Assembly (NCBI RefSeq): GCF_009914755.1
Contig: NC_060938.1
Strand: one strand, 5' to 3'
Source: the human T2T-CHM13v2.0 reference genome, Homo sapiens
Length of the DNA stretch: 64,000 nucleotides
The position numbers and the translations under genes were made by a program. Positions within the stretch are counted from its first letter, which is position 1; each line of letters begins with the position of its first letter. This document shows, one piece after another, positions 60,362-64,000 of this stretch. The notes beneath the pieces were generated by a model, which did no database searches, was not told where the DNA came from, and worked only from the letters and a program-made list of their open reading frames with translations.

Positions 60362-61143
60362 GTCCGGGCGTGGTTGCTCACACATGTAATCCCAGCACTT
60401 TGGGAGGCCGAGGCAGGCAGATCACCAGGTCAGGAGTTCGAGACCAGCTTAGCCAGCATGGTGAAACCCCATCTCTACTAAAAATGTAAAAATTAGCTGG
60501 GCATGGTGGCGCACGCCTGTAATCCCAGCTACTCAGGAGGCTGGGGCAGGAGAATCACTTGAACCGAGGAGGCGGAGGTTGTAGTGAGGTGAGATCACGC
60601 CACTGCACTCCAGCCTGGCAACAGAGTAAAACTCTATCTAAAAAAAAAAAAAAAAAAAAAAAGGTTTGTGTACTACTCTTCTACCTATGGGCCCATCCTT
60701 GTTCCTTAGTCTCAGCTCTACAAATAAGTATATTAAGTGCTCACCATCAGGTTGTTTTCTCAATCTGTTTGGATGAAATTCATTGTCTAGTAGATCCTCA
60801 GGGAGACTACCTGTGTAGGGTATTCTCTGAGCTCTTGAGTGCTCAAATTTTTTCTTTTTTTTTTTGGAGACAGAGTCTCACTCTGTTGCCCAGGCTGGAC
60901 TGCAATGGTGTGATCTCCTCACTGCAACCTCTGCCTCCTGGGTTCAAGCGATTCTCCTGCCTCAGCCTCCCAAGTAGCTAGGACTACAGGCGTGCACCAC
61001 CATGCCTGGCTAATTTTTGTATTTTTAGTAGAGATGGGGTTTCACCACGTTGGCCAGGCTGGTCTTGAACTTCTGACCTCATGATCCACCCACCTCGGCC
61101 TCCCAAAGTGCTGGGATTACCGGCATGAGCCACCGTGCCCAAC
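60362..61143. mobile_element. Tail-to-tail AluS pair: plus 60362-60662 and minus 60847-61143
   Basis: TSDs aag(a/g)tttgtgtactact and ctcaaa.ttt. Confidence 0.92.
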
Positions 61144-61149
61144 CTCAAA

Positions 61150-63170
<2,021 letters not shown>

Positions 63171-63404
63171 AATATCTGTCCTTGCTCACTGTTAAAGTAT
63201 CATTTCTGAAGTTCTAAAAAAAAAAAGCAAACAAATCGTCAAGGCAAATGAGAAGTTTCCAGGTTGGTCTGAGAGTCTCTCAGAGGTGTTCTAAAGATTT
63301 AAAACCTCCCAACTCCATCTCCATCTGCCCTCAGTGGAAAGCTAAATGCTAATGTCCTTTTTCTCTTAAAAAAAAAAAAAAAAAGATGAATTTATATAAT
63401 GTGA

Positions 63405-63785
63405 AATTTTATTTTAGATTCAGGGGGTACCTGTGTGGGTTCGTTATGAGTTATACAGTGTAATGCTGAGATGTGGCGTACAAATGATTCCGTCACCCAG
63501 GTAGTGACCATAGTATCCAACAGGTAGTTTTTCAGCCTTTTCCCTCTTCTTTCTCTCTACTGTCTATCAGTATCTATTGTTCCCACCTTTATGTCCCTGT
63601 GTACCAATGTTTAGCTCCCACTTACAAGTAAGAACTTCATATAGGTTTAGATGTTAATTCTGTTCCGGAATTAAATTCTCTTCTAGTATAATGGCATCCA
63701 ACTGCATCCATGTTGCTGCAAAGGACATGATTTTGTTATTTTTTATAGCCGCATATTCCATGGTGTATACGTACCACATTTTTAT
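63405..63785 (-). mobile_element. L1PA (older primate) 3' end
   Basis: gtcacccaggtagtg..tttagctcccacttacaagt..gcatccatgttgctgcaaaggacatgat. Confidence 0.85.
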
Positions 63786-63805
63786 TTTGTTCTCTGTTGC
63801 CCAGG

Positions 63806-64000
63806 ATTTTTTGTTCTCACTCTGTTGCCCAGGTTGGAGTGCAGTGGCATGATCACGGCTCACTGCAGCCTCCGTCTCCTGGGCTCAAGCGATCCTCTCA
63901 CCTCAGCTTCCCTAGGAGCTGGGGCAATGGCTGTATACCACCATACCTAGCTAATTTTTTTTTTCCCAGTAGAGACGAGGTCTCACAACATTGCTTAGGC
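63806..64000 (-). mobile_element. AluJ, running off the window end
   Basis: Reverse Alu motifs. Confidence 0.88.

Overview
Primate (very likely human) intronic DNA from RPS6KA5 (MSK1 kinase), transcribed on the minus strand. Only two coding exons are present: a 72-nt exon (38675-38746, ANLTGHAEKVGIENFELLKVLGTG) and a 219-nt exon (15885-16103, [10 protein letters not shown]...AMKVLKK...TKLHLIL). I take them to be exons 2 and 3 from recall of the protein. A 22,571-nt intron separates them. The rest is intron packed with transposon fossils: about 40 Alus, L1/L2/CR1/MIR pieces, MaLR and LTR16 solo LTRs, a deleted ERV-L provirus (RNase H, integrase, dUTPase), a long hAT-Charlie transposase fossil, and Tigger/hAT MITEs. 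Almost every other ORF in the supplied track is a repeat-derived or chance ORF. The sequence does not establish a new multi-gene system. The best leads are RNA-level: (i) both exons are phase 1-1 and multiples of 3, so Alu-assisted back-splicing would give circles with a stop-free ORF and an AUG; (ii) a roughly 96-nt fold-back hairpin beside a zero-spacer inverted Alu fusion; (iii) candidate cryptic or micro exons in intron 2; (iv) three different Tigger MITEs stacked in one LTR microsatellite. Repeat subfamily names are from memory of consensus sequences, and repeat boundaries are approximate unless a TSD is given.
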